Shown in pieces: positions 24,865 to 39,800 of a DNA stretch of 64,000 bases (the stretch's first letter is position 1; each line of letters opens with the position of its first letter). Source of the DNA: Antedon mediterranea (lineage: Eukaryota > Animalia > Echinodermata); assembly GCF_964355755.1 (NCBI RefSeq), contig NC_092672.1, positions 22,147,237 to 22,211,236 of the forward strand, read 5' to 3'. The notes below the pieces were generated by a model. It had not been told where the DNA came from. It ran no database searches and saw only the letters and a program-made list of their open reading frames with translations. The position numbers and the translations under genes were made by a program.

Positions 24865-27800
24865 GTAGGCAAGTTTACACTGTTTTAGTATAATACAATT
24901 TAACCAGCAACAATTAACTAGCAATACTAGCTCATTAGCAACTTAATAAATTGTTCTATGAGCTAATGCGCTAGAAACTGAAGAGAGATAAAACAAGTAA
25001 CTAAATGAATTAAAAACCAAAACATGGCGGTATAAAATAGGGTCACAACAACTTACAGTGCCGTCATAATGGATCAAAATAATCACTGTAGTGCTATAAA
25101 CACTGGTGGCTCATTTGATGTGATTGTTTTTTTAAATTTATTTGACCATCATGATGTCAATACAAAACATGCAATACAACATATGAAAGATGAAAAATGC
25201 TGGGCAGGGGCAGCTTAAGCAAAATACATTGCTGTAAATCAAACAAGCCAGCTACCCTTCATACAAAAATAAATATAAAAAAAATAATTAAATACAAATT
25301 TCATTAAAATTTTTCTATAAAAATGTCTACAAAATTTAAGACAAGAAGAAAAAAAACTTATTTATTTGGGAAATCTAATATATTATGATAATATTATAAT
25401 ATAATGGGTGTAATTTAATACAACATGGAATGTATGTTGTCGTCTATGTTTACTATAGTATATGAATTTTAATGAAAATTGTAACTGAATGCATATTGAT
25501 CTATATGTTTTATTTCATAGATTGAAAGAGAAAAAACTGCTGAAGAAATTTGCCATTTCATTGTTAGCAACAATGCTGTCAACATCAAAGACCAGGTATA
25601 CATCAATTTGTTTTCCTTTGTAATGAATTTGATAATACAAACCTAAAATTACTTGACACTAATTAAAGTGCATCAATACTAATTTGTTTTTAGTATCTCC
25701 TATAAGTGTTCTCTCGTTGCATATTTGCAGTTAACATTCACACTGATTGTTAAAAGCATCATATTTGTTTCACTTCTTGAGCATTTTTTAGTGTTAAAAA
25801 AGTATATTGTGTGTTTATATCTTATCTTAGCTGTATGTTAGATGGTTTGTCAATATAATTTAGTACATTAGTCTTTCAGTACAATTTGCTTAGACAATTT
25901 GATTGGCTAATAATACTGGATTTGAATAATGGCTTGGTTACTCAATCTCCTGTAATTGTAATTAATTTCAGAATCTGAACAATGATATAATTATTCATCT
26001 GTTGAACAAATAACTAAACAAACTTCATAAGAAATATATACATCACTGAAAGAAAAATACAAGGCACAAGACAGTGAAAAAAGTGATGAACAGGTGGCAA
26101 GCACTTCTATCCACATTGGACCCCTTGTACAAATAACAAAACATAAAAACACAAACATTTAAGATATAAAAATAGCTGAAATGGTACTATTTGTATATTG
26201 TGTGTTTATATCTTATCTTAGCTTTATGTTAGATGGTTTGTCAATATAATTGAGTACTCTTTCTTTCAGTACAATTTGCTTAGACAATTTGATTGGCTAA
26301 TACCGGATTTGAATAATGGCTTGGTAACCCAATCCCCTGTAATTGTAATTAATTTCAGAATCTGAACGATGATATAATTATTCATCTGTTAATAATATAA
26401 TAATAATCTGATAACTAAACAAACTTTTATTAACATCATACTAGAGTAGTAGAAATATATACTTTTCATTTATTAAACTTTATCACTGAAAGAAAAATAC
26501 AAGGCATAAGACAGTGAAAAAAAGTTATGAACAGGTGTCAAGCACTTCTATCCACATTGAACCCCTTGTACAAATAACAAAACATAAAAACACAAACATT
26601 TAAGATATAAAAATAGCTGAAATTATACTATTTTCAGTTTCATATATAAAGCATGCAACATACCATCATTTACAACCTGGATTTCACACAGCAGTTTGAA
26701 ACAAACAATTCAATTTTCCATTTATAAAATGTACCATAACATTAACAAATTGATAAAACCTAACCATTTAAAAAAAACAACCTAAAACATGGTAGAACAC
26801 TGGAGGCCTTTTGTTTCCCCTTCCACCACCGGTTCCTGTGGCTGATTGTTCAAACTTTATATGATCATTCCAACATAGGTATGATGCTATTTTGACACCA
26901 AGATTAGTTTGTGTTTTCTCAAAGATACAACCATTCTTCTGATAAAAATATGTGATGAGATGTTTATCATGTGATATAGAAATAATTTGAAAATTAATTT
27001 CCCATGTTACTCCATTGAATAAGAACATCATGTCCATCTGAGGCAAATAAAAATTCATCAATGTTAATGATTGACTTGTAACATTTTCCCTATTTAAAAT
27101 ATACGTCATGAACCTATCATGCACATTAATTTAGATGTTGGTGCACTACCCACTGCTTCTTGAGGCTGACATCAAACCCTATCAGCTCAAGCTCTGTGTT
27201 GTATACAGATTTAACCACCAGACTAGTGACTGTTTTATTACTACAGTATTACTATTTTATTATTGTATTCAATTATTCAAGACCCAACAGTGTATCAAAA
27301 CACCAATACAGGATCAAAATAAAAGTACAATATAACATATTTACATGATAAAAATATTAACATAATTAAAAAACTATTCATTAAACATTAACAATTCAAC
27401 AGATTTAGTTATTCAAGTTATTTAAAATGACATTAAATGCTGTATAAGTATTAATGTGTAAGTGTTACAACTAAAAATATCAATGTTAGGAAATATTTAA
27501 CTAGATCATTATAAAGCTCTGTTTACACTATTAAACTTTATGTGACAAAAAAATGTGATTTGCCCATATATGGACAAAATGATGCCATATCACCACCATA
27601 TTTGGGCAAATCACCACCATATTTGGGCACATCACACATTTTTTTGTATATCTAGTCTAGTGATAGTGTAGACATAGCTGAAGTTGAGCAACATGACAGA
27701 AAGAACTGTTTTTACTATATAACAGGCACAGAACATGAGTTTTAAACCGCCTGATTATATACTGAAATTTGATTAATTAATTTGAAACAATAAAGATGAG

Positions 27801-30800
27801 GAAACATAAGAATATTTAAATTACAAATAAATTGACATTTAGTCCTTATTACACTCAAATCTTAAAACATTAATCCTCTCAACATTTTAAAAATTCTATA
27901 AGAATAATATTTAATATAAAAATAATGTTGTTTTACTCTACTATCACTTTGTTCTATATTTATTTTACTGCATGTTTGTGTCTTTGTTTTTCTTATTCTG
28001 AAATATTTAAGTTATTGGTGAACTCTACACAGCAGGGACATTGTAAATAAACTATAGAAAGTGATACCAAGAACTATGTTTATCCTCTTTCTTTTAGAGA
28101 ATCAAGAGGGATTTTGTGGATGGATGTCCTCAATAATCCTCATTATGGGATTATTTTAAAAATGTGTTAGCATTGTGAAAATAAACAAACCATGTTCACA
28201 AGAAGAAAATGTTGTGAATGAAATCATTAAGATTAGATTTGGGTTATGGCTGGTAGATGGTATACATTACAAAAATAATAAATAGTAAACTGAATCAACA
28301 AATTAAACTTGTATAAATGATGGCAAATACTCACAATAAAAGCTTAAAAAATGTTTGCTCATTTGACTGGCACATAATTAGTATGTTATGTTCAGGCCTA
28401 ATTTATCTAATTTTCTTTAGTACCGTACTTGACTACAGTCGGTATAACATAGTATAATAGCAATAATTCATGTTATTCTTTCAATGAATGTGAACATACT
28501 GTCTGTTATTATTTCATAGATCCTAAATGTATATCAAAGCAATGCTGAAAATTAGTATTATACCGTATTGTTTTTGTTATACAGATATTAAGTTTTAATT
28601 GATTAATTTTATTAGATATATTTTTGACACAGCAAAATAATATGATTGTAAAAAGGTGATGTTATAATTACACTGTCAATTGTGTATAAAATAGAAATGC
28701 CTACACACAAACACACACTAATCAGTAGGCCTAAATGATTATCAACAAGTATGCCTATTACAAGTTGGAGTGGTGTAATTGAATAGTGAAAACCTGTTAT
28801 TAACAGATACAACACAATTTGAAATTTAAAATAAATTTTCCCGATTTATAATTGCACTGTAAAATAATACTATAAAATTGTTCAAAATATGTAGGATGAA
28901 GGTTTATTTTAAAATAGCTTTTACAGTCTGCCCAACTATTTCAAAATAAAATTGATTATAGATGATATAGTTAGTATTATCTGTTTTATATTTCAGAATT
29001 CAAGTACCTTGATCATGAGCATAAGCATAGTTTACACAAACAATACATTTTACAATGCTTTATAGAAATAATCATTTAAAGTTGATTGTTAGTTATTAGA
29101 AAAATATCTTTCAACATTGAAAACAAAGTAATAAACTGTTATCAATTAAGGATATTTATTTACAAGATTATTAGTCATTTTTTTGTTTAGATATTAAGGA
29201 ATAAGATGTACATGTTTTGTAACTTTGTTTATTTAATATTTTCAATAGGATGGCATTACAGTGTTGATGTGTGCTGCTGTTGTAGGTAATGCAGCCATCT
29301 GCCATCAACTTATTGATGGTGGAGCTGATATTAACCTACAAGATAAGGTAAGTAATACACACATTTTTTAAATAAAATTATTGAACCTTCAGTGAAACAA
29401 ATCAATGAATTGAAACTATATTGTTTTAGAATGTATATGCTACCACCACTATAACTTTAGGAAACGTGAATTCTGTAATCCGATTGGTCAATATATGAGA
29501 TATAATTCCGTATTACGCCCATTTACTCAGTCAAGTGGATCAGAAGGGTAATATATCCCGTATTACCTGTTTGATGTTTCTACGCGCGCGGTGTTTATGT
29601 ATTGTATTTTTGTCGTTGAGCGCATGTGTAGTTGTGATTTCAACCATCGAATATGAACCAGTCTCTTGTCCAATTGCTTATAATGTGTACACTAAGAGAT
29701 AAAATCGTTGCACCCTATAATAACACAATACTGGTGTGTGTACTGTATATAGGTCAATATAGAAATGATGTAATAACTTATTTTCTTCTCACATAAAACA
29801 TTTTACAAATTCTCAAAATATTCTGTTTAAACTTGCAATCAAATTTTTGTATTAAGAAAATGTATACTTCAAGTTACTTGTTTACAACATTAATATGTGT
29901 ATTCAATAATATACACATTTATTTTCCATAATTCGTTGCCGAATGCTGCTTTAGAAATAAAGTGTGAAATGAATTTTACAGCACAGTTTTTAAATATTTT
30001 TGCTATTGATCTATATATAAATTTACGTAAGGGCAAAATTCGGTAAATCTCGGTTTATTTCTAGAATTTTTACTCGATGGTATATAAAGTTGGTTCATAC
30101 TTTCGGTACTGATTTTAACCATCTGATGTAACCCTGTTTACTAATTAAATTGAGTTAGGTAATTAGTTATTGACGATTAAAACGAATTTAGGTTCAACGA
30201 TTTGCCCCAAATAGGGGTGTTTTCCGATCGTGGTATACACTGTCTAATGGATGTCCATCTTGAAAAATACCCGCCACAAAAATACGAGGAGGCTTCGCAT
30301 TTTCCTACCTCCTCCTACGATAATTGTTTTTAATAGCTGAAAACTGGTTGAACAGCTAGAGTACAGCATCATAATGTTGAAGACAGGCCGATTTTCTTAA
30401 AAAAATACTATTTTGATAGATTTAATATACGATTATACAAATGTATTGATTTGCGATGAATGGAACATTTCAATCTCTGTTTCACAAGTGTCTATTCCCT
30501 CAGGCGTCGTAAAGGCAAGTACAGTACTGTATACTCGAAATTCGATCCATTTTTGTTTTCAATCTGTGCTGCAGAGGTTGGATATAATTTTTTTTTAAAC
30601 GGATAATGAGCTAGCGTTTTCACTCGCCGTATATTATGTACAAATCTTTATTATTGCAGTTAAACCACCCACATCATCACCTTTCCCTCACTGGCATGAG
30701 TAGCGTTGTAAAACCAATAGAGAATAGGCCTACGGTACATCACATGCCCTTAACGCAGAACAACTTTGGTGGGTAGGGTAGGAACCAACTTAAGTATGAA

Positions 30801-33800
30801 TTGGCTCTAAGAAACAATTGAAAACCATTAGGCCTACTAATTAAGTTGAGTTAGATAATTTAATATTTATTGACGATTAAATCGAATTTATGATTTTCCC
30901 CGAATAGAGGTGGTTTTCACAAATTGTTTTACATTATATTATAAACATACACGTCGTAGTGATGTATCGTTACATGTACTGTACTATTTCAATCGACTAG
31001 GACGGTGATAGTTTCAACAAAGTATTACATCGCAATGTTTTACTGTGTTTAGTGGTATATTATTTGTAAAACATGAAAGCAATTAATATTTCGTTACTAA
31101 ATGGATAAAGAATATATTTTAACATTGTTCCTCTTTGCACCCATCCTCTTCCCCATCCCTCAACCCTAATGTTACATACAAAACACAAATTAAGTTTGTT
31201 TAAATTTGACTTAAACCATTGGTCTTATTTTGTGACAAGTTTCTCTTTCGGAAGTAATACTAATAGGGTGCTAATTTTAGTTGAGTACATAAATCACAGT
31301 GTCTATTTATTCGTTCCTGTAAACGACATGTATTATTGTCCTGCGGTACGTACATTTGAAATCGCCAGTTTTTTAACGCTGAAATTATTATGTATTCGAG
31401 AACCATCTGTGGGCACGACCTAGATGGTACGCGAGCGAAGCGAGCGTACCATCTAGTTATTATAATTTAACTACTATACTGTAAAATAAAAAATGCTGAT
31501 AGCCTACACCTAATCATCAAAGTTTGTACAGTTAAATGGTATAGTCAGTATGTTTTTATAAATTGATAACATTCAATAGAATGCTCATAACACAAACTTT
31601 ATTCTTTTGAATATTTAACTGTATTTTAGTATTAGGCAGGTTAGATAACAGGAATAACATTTGTTAATATAAGTTAAAAAAAAAATGTACATTTTAAAAA
31701 AAGGTTGTGAATATGAATCATGTCTATCATCAACCTCCACCTTGATTCCTTTGCTCTTTATATTTTAAGGATATTTCTAGATTAAAATGATATCTATGCT
31801 GAAATGAAAGGTTGTGAAGATTACTTTTGGTAGAAGGGCTCTTCTTACCTAAAATTAGAGCAAATACATAAGGCCATAACACCATAATAATATTATGAGA
31901 AAAATTACATATACGCACACATATATTATACAAAATTTCATATTTTTGGTGGTATATTGTTCTGTATAATTTTGAAGATTCTAAGTTGTTTAAAGCCCCA
32001 TTCCCTACGTTTTTTAGATCTAATTTAAGATCACAAACTATATTTAATGTAAAAATAATACTATATGGTCCTATTGCGATAACTTTTTTCGTCTTTAAAC
32101 GGTTAAAAATGTGAAAAATAAGCCGATTCTAATAATTATAGCGGCCCGCTATAAATCCCAAAATGCATTGCGCGCGGATTGATATTTTTGTTTTTCACCT
32201 GTAATTCGCCCACTTTTCGATCGATCGTGAGGCCAAAACAAATGGAAGACTCCTAACTTTTCAGCGAAAATACCGGGTTTTCCTCAATTTGTATCAACGG
32301 AGTCTGGCAAAAATAGAAAGACAATTAATGCAGCAACTATACAACGTCAGGCTAGGTATATAGCTCGCGTACGATGTTCGTACGTTACCGATGTTTACCA
32401 GCTAGGCCTACAAAACTAAGCCTAGCTAGGCTAGGCCTAAGACCGTCCACGAGAGGTCGATCGCCGCGAGCTACTTAGGTAGTGCATTGTTTCTCACTTT
32501 TTATCATAATTTACCATAAAACGTACATTTAAGACAAGGAATGACATGGTTTAATGTTTTTAAAGTGATATATATGTATTATTTTCCAAAAAACGTCCAA
32601 AATTGCAGGGAAGGGGTCTTTAAATTTAACCAATTGCAGCATATCATATTTAAAATTGAGTTGCTCCTACAGCCTTGTGTTAAATGTTAGTTGGAACCAT
32701 GAATTTGAAATCTTTCGGTTTATGAACCAAATCCAAGCCTATTAAATTCTATTGGCTTGCTACTCATATATCTTCGTAATATTTTGATTAAATTTAGCCA
32801 TTAGGCCTTTCAACAATCTACAACATTCTAATTTTTATGGGCTAATTAAAATGCAGTATTATTATTATTTGAATTTTCGAAATCTACAGTATTCTAGCTA
32901 ATCTTGATTTATTTAAAACGGATTGTAAATTGCTAAAAGATCACATAACCAAAAAAAACTTGTAATTTTTATTTTTTGGTGTTAAACAGTTTATGAGAAA
33001 AAATTGCCTTACTTGAAGCGTAACAGTATTGTGGTTATGATCAAGAAATTGCAAATTTCAAGGCAATTAAATTAGTTTACACTGATAAAGGTACACACAA
33101 GTGTAGCCAACAATTCTTGAGTATACAGTAATAAAAGTAAGAAATTGTGTTGTTGGAATTCTAATATACGTATATTTTTTAATATTCATGAGAACAAATT
33201 ATATAATTTTTTTCATGCGCGCACTAAAATATGATTTTAAAATAAGTTGGAGTCTTTAATATGCTACAAAATGCACTAGGGTTATTAAATTAAAAAGTTG
33301 CTTAAACGGTAAAATTTCGATTTACCAAATGATACGTCTATGGCTTGATAAAAAAATATGATTAATTTGTTAGCTGGTATAAAAACTGCGATATCTCCGT
33401 GAAAATTTACTCGATTTTTAAACGGTTTTTTCGAGAAAAAAGCTCAAAGAACAATGAACAACTGCACAAAGGTCATGCTTCACTATGATGTATTAGAAAC
33501 TACTGCACAGCCTCTGTTTACTTTTACTGAAAAAATGGTTTACAAATTGATAACTGTATTTCAAATGAAGACTATGTTATTGTTACATGCAAAAAAGCAC
33601 TGAATTCAAGACTGACATTTTTGTACAGGCAGACTAACTTCTTAGACATGCAAAGTAGACACGTACTTTTATGCTCTGCAATAATTCAATGTGTTTTCGA
33701 CTACTGTATGCTACATCAGTCTGGTATTCTGGTTTAACGTCACTCCTCAAAATAAACTGTAACCCTAAATAAAATTGTACAGTTTTTTCTTATCACCCAC

Positions 33801-36800
33801 TAACAATCAACCACTAATGAAACAATTTCATTAACCACTAATGTACAAAACTTCATTAAAGTAGAAAATTAGTTTAGAGTTATTTTGGAAATATTCTATA
33901 TTTTTTTGTGGAGAAAACATTTTTTAATTTGTTGAACTTCAGTTTTAATCCTATGTGTCTTTGTCAATTCTCTATGTTTTTCTTCTCTGAGACAAATATG
34001 GTACTACATTTTTCACATGTACGCTGAACTTTTATCTGTCCCACTTAATAAAGTTGAATTGTCGAGTTTGTTGAATTTAGCCTGGTTAGTGTCTGTCCGT
34101 TCATTCGTTAATTTAATATTTTTACAACTGTAAGACATACAGTATAGGGTCTTTACTTTTTATAGGGTCTATTGAACCTAGTTTGACTGTCTGTCCATCC
34201 TTCAGTTCTCATTTTTAACCTTTGGACTAAGTGTATTTAATAAAAAATGCCGCCTTCGGTTTTTTGCGAGTGGGAGACGTGGAAATGACAATTCACAACG
34301 AGAGTATCTCCCCAATCCCCTATTAGAACAAAGTAAATTCTCTTATCTAATTATAATTTGAGTAGAATATAAAAAATGATGAAATATAATGAAACACCTA
34401 ACTTTTTCTTCAAATATGTTTGATACAGAGATGCTGTACTGTAAGTTGCTAACTTTTTTTATGCAATTGTTGTGTATTAAAATTGATTAGGGAAAAATGA
34501 AATCACAAAACATTTTAATCTTTTGTAGTTTATTGTAAAGAACATATTGTTTTTATTTCATTTTCATAAATTATAGTATACACCTACATATAAATAGAAT
34601 TCAGTACTGTACTGTAATACTTAAAAACATATGGCCTACAATGTTTCAAGCAGTTAAGGGGAATCATTGGACAGTATTAAACAGTTAAAAATTTTTTTAA
34701 AAATTAAATTTATTGTATTTCGGATCTCAAACAACAAGTGTTTTTCAGTGACTTTATAGAGATCATTACTGCTATCTGCCAAGATATGTTTTTCTTGGTT
34801 CTGTGAGATTTTGTTTAGTACATGTTGTTGTATCTCTACACTTTTCCGAAATCCTTTATTGTTTTATTAATCCTTCTAGCTTCATTTTCATTTTGTTTGT
34901 CATTTCTGTCATGGTCTGTTAAATGAATAGGAAAAAATATACCATTTAGTGACATGAATTATATATTTATACTTTTATTGTACATGAATGTTATTAAAAA
35001 GTGAAATGAGGTTGGTTATATTTTTTTAACATATGTACAAAATTGAACTATTGTGAAATGCATGCAGTACATGAATGTTATTATAAAAAAATGTTACACC
35101 TTTGCAGGGAGATACATCTCCCTGACCTTTGTACCAGTAACTTCCATAATGAATGAAGGAATGTTGAATACTTTGATTTGGGTGAGGGTGGGGCTACTGA
35201 TATTTTTTACCTGCCGGTAATAGCTTACTTAATATTATTTTATTTTTATTTTTTAATTTTAATTTATATATCAACTGACAGATATGAAAACAATTCCACT
35301 AAAAAGTTGATAAACATGAAACAGTAACATCTTTATCTCATTCATTAAACAACGGAAGCAGGTTAATAATACTGCAGTGTAATTCTTTAATATAATAAAC
35401 AGTATGAATATTATTATTATAAAGTGTTGTACATTAAACAAGCATTGCGGATTGTTTGTATATTAGAAATATGCACAAAATTAAATTATGACAAAGTGCC
35501 AGTGTAACTTGGTAGCAACAGTTTCTACTAGGCCGACATTACAATTCCTTAATCTAATAAAACAGTGCATGAATCTTATATGAATTTTGATGCACATTAC
35601 ACAGGAGGTGGAAGATGGGTAGGGTTAATTTAAATAAGCACAATGGTGGTACTTACCTGACTGAACATTGAATATTGATTGTTGAATGTGTCTCTCCTGG
35701 CGGAGGGAAACAACAATTTGCAAAAGAATGCCATAACATGTGGAGTAGCGTGATTGTTGTTCACCTAGTTGTGTGTGTATGTTATTATAAAATTTATTTT
35801 ATCAAAATATTAAAACCACTTTAAAAATGAAACTAGACATGAAACTCGTCACTTTGACGAGTTAGTTATCCGCACCACGACAAACGCCACGTGCACGTCA
35901 TGGAATATTGCACACAGATAAAGATTATGGCATTATGACAAGAACGGAAGAATATGATATGCTGTAGTGTTAGAGTGCTGAATTCTGTCAATTTTGTGTC
36001 ATATAGTATATACATGCAAACACTACAGTATAATCTGTATACATATTACATACAGTGTAGAATAGGTGAAATTACGGGACCCGCCATTTATTCCAATTTT
36101 TAACATGGCGACGGTATCAAAATGAAACACTTAGATAGCAATTTCAGACGGAAATTATCTTAGGAACAACATATTAACGTGTAGAAGAAATTTGAATACG
36201 TAAAATATATAGATGCGCACCCTTTTAAATGTGATGAACTATTACGCAAAATATGAAAATACAACTTTTTTTATTCAGACATTTTAATATAGATATCTTT
36301 ATTGTTTGTGTATAAATGGACATTTATGTATATTTTGTTAATATTTTTTAATTATATCGTCACACGAACCGGCGAATCCGCAAAATGTCCATTTTGAGAA
36401 AATCGCGATTGTAAAAAAGGTACTTTTTGCACGGTCATTTCTTGCAAGAAAATAAGCGAATGTCCATTATTTTTGTGGTAATTATGTAAATATATATCAA
36501 ATGAATAATTTTAAAGTGTCCATAAAAAAATATACTCATTAATTAAAGAGTAATCACTTAATTAATACATTTGTCACTTCGTGTGAATATTATTTACCGC
36601 GTATCGCGTAACTAATCGATATTCGACGCATATTCGTCACTTCGCGTGTGAACAAGAATCTTGCGCAATGACTATGAAATATGCGGTATTCGCCATGATT
36701 GCGTGGTAATGAATAGGCAGTTCCACCTAAACATCTTAGATAGGGCCCTCACGATAATAATATAAAGTAAACAAATTATTCTGTTAAAAATGCAAAAGAA

Positions 36801-39800
36801 TAATCACAAATCAGTTGCAAAATATAATTTATAGTAGCCTAACTGATGCACAAACATCATTTTAGCTATTGTAAATAATGCAAAAACGTAAACATGGTTC
36901 ATTTAATTAAATTTAATTATTAATTTATACATTATTTGATCTCTACATAAGGCAAGGCAATGTTAGATAGTTAGAATAAACGTTTTTAATTCAATATTCC
37001 CTTAGTAGGCCTTACGGGAACAGTTACAAAATAATTTAGACAGTTTATTGTACAATACGGCTTTATCAGCATATTAGGCCTACAATCATTTAGCCATTCA
37101 TGGCCAATATAGTATTTATTAAATAACATTAAATGTGTTATCTGCCTTTTCTAATATCCGTATTATAAGGCTAATTTAAATTATTTACTAATTTAATGTG
37201 ATACCGTAGAAATGTGGTCTTATTGTAGGGCATATCACAGGATAATGTGCTGACTACCCTATATAATATCTTTGGGGGCATGGCTATACTAAATACTATC
37301 GGGTAGTATTTAGTATAGCCATGCCCCCAAAGATATTTGGTGACGCACTGATTATAATAACTATACTGTAACTATCTAATTTAAAAAGCAAAAACAAAAA
37401 AATATAAATACTCTAACATCAAAATGTATGAATTGTTTAATAAAAATGTGTATACAGAAATGAAAGTTATTATCCTTAGTAGCATTATCCATTAACAATA
37501 AAGGTGAAATTTGATGTTTCTTTTTAATAATCAGGTTATTTATTCTCTAAAAAATTAAATATTTCAAAATACTTATGACTATAACATTGATGTAGGCCTA
37601 ATCGTTACCGTACCGTTTTGTGTATGTGTTGTCAGTGCCATAATTTAATTTAATGTTTTTGCTAGTGCTCGAGTGAACGTACGAAAGAACAAACATGGAA
37701 ACGTTGCATTACATTTCCTGAAATGTATTTATATAATTAGATTACTAAATAATTTATCAATAACCACAAAAATCAGTTTTTACTGGTTAAAATACTGTTC
37801 AATATTCTATAATCTATGCTCAATCTAACTTCGCGGGACTGAAAATTTGCCATAAAATAATGGAATGTTCCAGATATATGCAATAAACCAATCAGATCAC
37901 AGGCAATTAGTGACGAATTGCATATTCGCCGTTTATTGAGGTGCGTAAACAGTGTGCGCGATGCGCGTTTTACTCACACGAAGTGACGAATCGATATTCG
38001 ACGGATCGTGGGACGAATGATTATAATATCACAATATATTCGCCAAATTATAATTAAAATAATTAATTAATAAAATAAGATACGCAGTTGATATTTGCAT
38101 CAATTGTTCTTTAGAATAAATACTTTCGAAATATACAAAAAAAATTTCGCGCCAAAAATGACGATTCGCCGGTTCGTGTGACGAGTTACGATATGTCAGT
38201 CACATATTTTCCATCTTCATGTTTGGTGTAGGACATTAAAACTGCATTCATTGTCACGTTTTCTGAGCTTTCAAAGCCTGTTCTTTAATATCAGTTCAAA
38301 TATTCTAATATTGTTCAATGTTTTTAATGTCTTGATTTGTGGTGAAAGGAATGGATGGCAGATCCAGAGGGAGAAAGTAAAGTACTTTCAATTCATTAAT
38401 TAAAACACATTGTTTCAGCGCCGTGCTAATTTAGTCTTTATTAGAGGTTGCCATTGCTGTTGCTGTCGTCACACAAAATTATTGTTATGGGTGTTTTGCT
38501 AAGTGGTATGACACATGTTCTTTTGCTGCCTAGCTAGATAATTCTGAAGAATATTATCAGCCTAGACAAAGAGCGCACAGGAGAAATATTTGAATACTCA
38601 TTTACCCAAGCGATTCCTATACTGTAATTTGAAAACAGTCCTGATAGTCTCTCCAAAACATTGGAGAGTTTGTGTGTTTGAAAACTACTGAAAAGATGTT
38701 CAATTGCATTTTTTGATTACTAAACCCTGCAAAAAGTGCATCAGTAGAGCGAGAACATTTAGCTCTGGAGACTGTAAAAAATTATTTTTGAGGTACCATA
38801 ATGGAAGATCGCATAAATGCATTGTTATTGATGTTTGTTCATCAGGACAACTTTATTACGATGTCATTATTCTTAAGTATGTGAATATGTATCCCCGCTG
38901 GATGAAGTATGTAGGCCTATTTTTATTTATTAAATTTACAGCATAGTTATTACATGTTATTGTTAAGATAATAAAATTAATAAGCAGTATAGAGATTCAG
39001 CCACTGATTACCACAGCATTGTCATTTTTTAGTAATTTTCCTTTTGACCTTTTTTTAAATAAGATATAGGCCTATAGCCCTAAAATCCTAAAACACGCTC
39101 TTTCACTATGTATATTATTTAACATAACTAAGGCAATATGATAAATTTGAAGTCGTGTCATTTTTTTAAAGTAGTTAATAGGCAGCTTTCGAAACACACG
39201 ACGCAGCGATTATCGAGATAAAAAAGACTGAAATCCTACTGCGCATGCGAGAGCAAAGCCAGTTTGTTCGGCCTTCTCATCATGAGACGGGATTCGGCTG
39301 ATTTGGCATATGCCTGGAAGACATGACTTGTACTACTGATTGTATTTTATTTAGAAAGATATTTAAAAACTCTTGTGTGATGACAATGTGTTAAATTAGG
39401 CCTATAGACCCTAGTAGGGAAATGCGATCATCATCATGAATCATGGTGATAAGGATGGCGATGGCAGGTGCTTTAGTATTAGCGATCATGTGACAATGAC
39501 CTGATCTCGTTCTTATAAAATTGAAACAGTTTATAATTCGTGATGCGAAAGGCATGCAACGGTATCCATGGTTGACTGACTTCCGCGTCTCGCGTCGCCA
39601 CTTTGAAAGCTCACTGTTATTGCCATACCGGAAGTACCTTTATCAGGGAATTCCCCCTGATGGTCACATTGAACGTGTGTTTACCAGCGGAATAAGTAGA
39701 CTACAATCTTTTTACCAATTTTTAACACGCTATGGGAGTGTCATTTCCGACCAACTATAGGTGCCATTTATCATAAATTTTACGTGCGGGAATACCATTT

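Noticed and set aside
28098-28170. Extra exon after a cttttag acceptor
   Set aside because: It has a stop in phase 0, no ANK similarity and no good donor.
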